Assembly: GCA_031316235.1 (NCBI GenBank)
Contig: JALDRA010000001.1
Span: 2,160,001 to 2,192,000 of the forward strand
Direction: 5' to 3'
Origin: Candidatus Scalindua sp.
GTDB lineage: Bacteria > Planctomycetota > Brocadiia > Brocadiales > Scalinduaceae
Length of the DNA: 32,000 nucleotides
The notes under the pieces were generated by a model that was given only the letters and a program-made list of their open reading frames with translations, was not told the origin of the DNA and ran no database searches. Of the stretch, positions 31,735 through 32,000 are shown in pieces; position 1 is the stretch's first letter; each line of letters begins with the position of its first letter. Position numbers and translations under genes: made by a program.

Positions 31735-32000
31735 GATTATTTTATGTTATTTTTTCTACACGAATAACTTACTTCATACGTAAGGAAAATGAGAAAAACA
31801 TCACAATAATACCAATACTTCACTCATGTTACAATTTTAAAATGCTTTATCTTTATACTAGTCATAAATTTATCTTTTTGTCCAAACAAACTCGTTGATT
31901 ATCAATATGTTTTCTATATGATTAACAGTAAGTAAGACAGAAGCTTTGTTCAATTTGTCATAAAAAAGGTTAAGGAGAATGTGTTAATGGGCCTATTAGT

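Noticed and set aside
31987-32000. Possible start of a plus-strand gene (AGGAG at 31973-31977, ATG at 31987)
   Set aside because: Only 14 nt of coding sequence are inside the window, too little to support a call.

Overview
32-kb chromosomal window from a diderm bacterium of moderate GC. lpxB and a beta-barrel porin are present. A Minf_1886-like protein and a ~18-repeat TPR protein hint at the PVC/Planctomycetota sphere, but lineage cannot be fixed from this sequence alone. About 25 CDSs are supportable. A minus-strand housekeeping block holds a PSP1/RicT-like gene, metG, a Minf_1886-like gene, a membrane protein and the TPR protein. Transporters are feoB, SulP, CaCA, a CPA1 K+/H+ antiporter and a VIT-like protein. 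Also present are lpxB, a DtxR-family metalloregulator operon, two orphan receiver proteins plus a DUF2325-like protein, a PhoD-like phosphatase and a HAD hydrolase. A secreted reprolysin-like metalloprotease ends in three near-identical 288-bp tandem repeats. I found no rRNA, tRNA, CRISPR array, transposase, integrase, phage gene or recognisable defence gene. The most unusual content is non-coding. A ~139-bp structured, MITE-like repeat (family 1) occurs at 10 or more loci: three exact-length copies 94-96% identical by hand alignment, three rearranged copies and several miniature derivatives. It shows a compensatory base-pair change in its main stem, lies in frame inside one ORF, abuts the metG stop codon and marks the break of a thioredoxin-fold pseudogene. 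I also describe a second ~66-bp repeat family, a 174-bp composite palindrome, a frameshifted multicopper-oxidase relic, a thrice-recurring TTCTCATTCTCAAT motif and a low-GC two-gene insert. All product and family names rest on motif recognition by eye, not on database searches.
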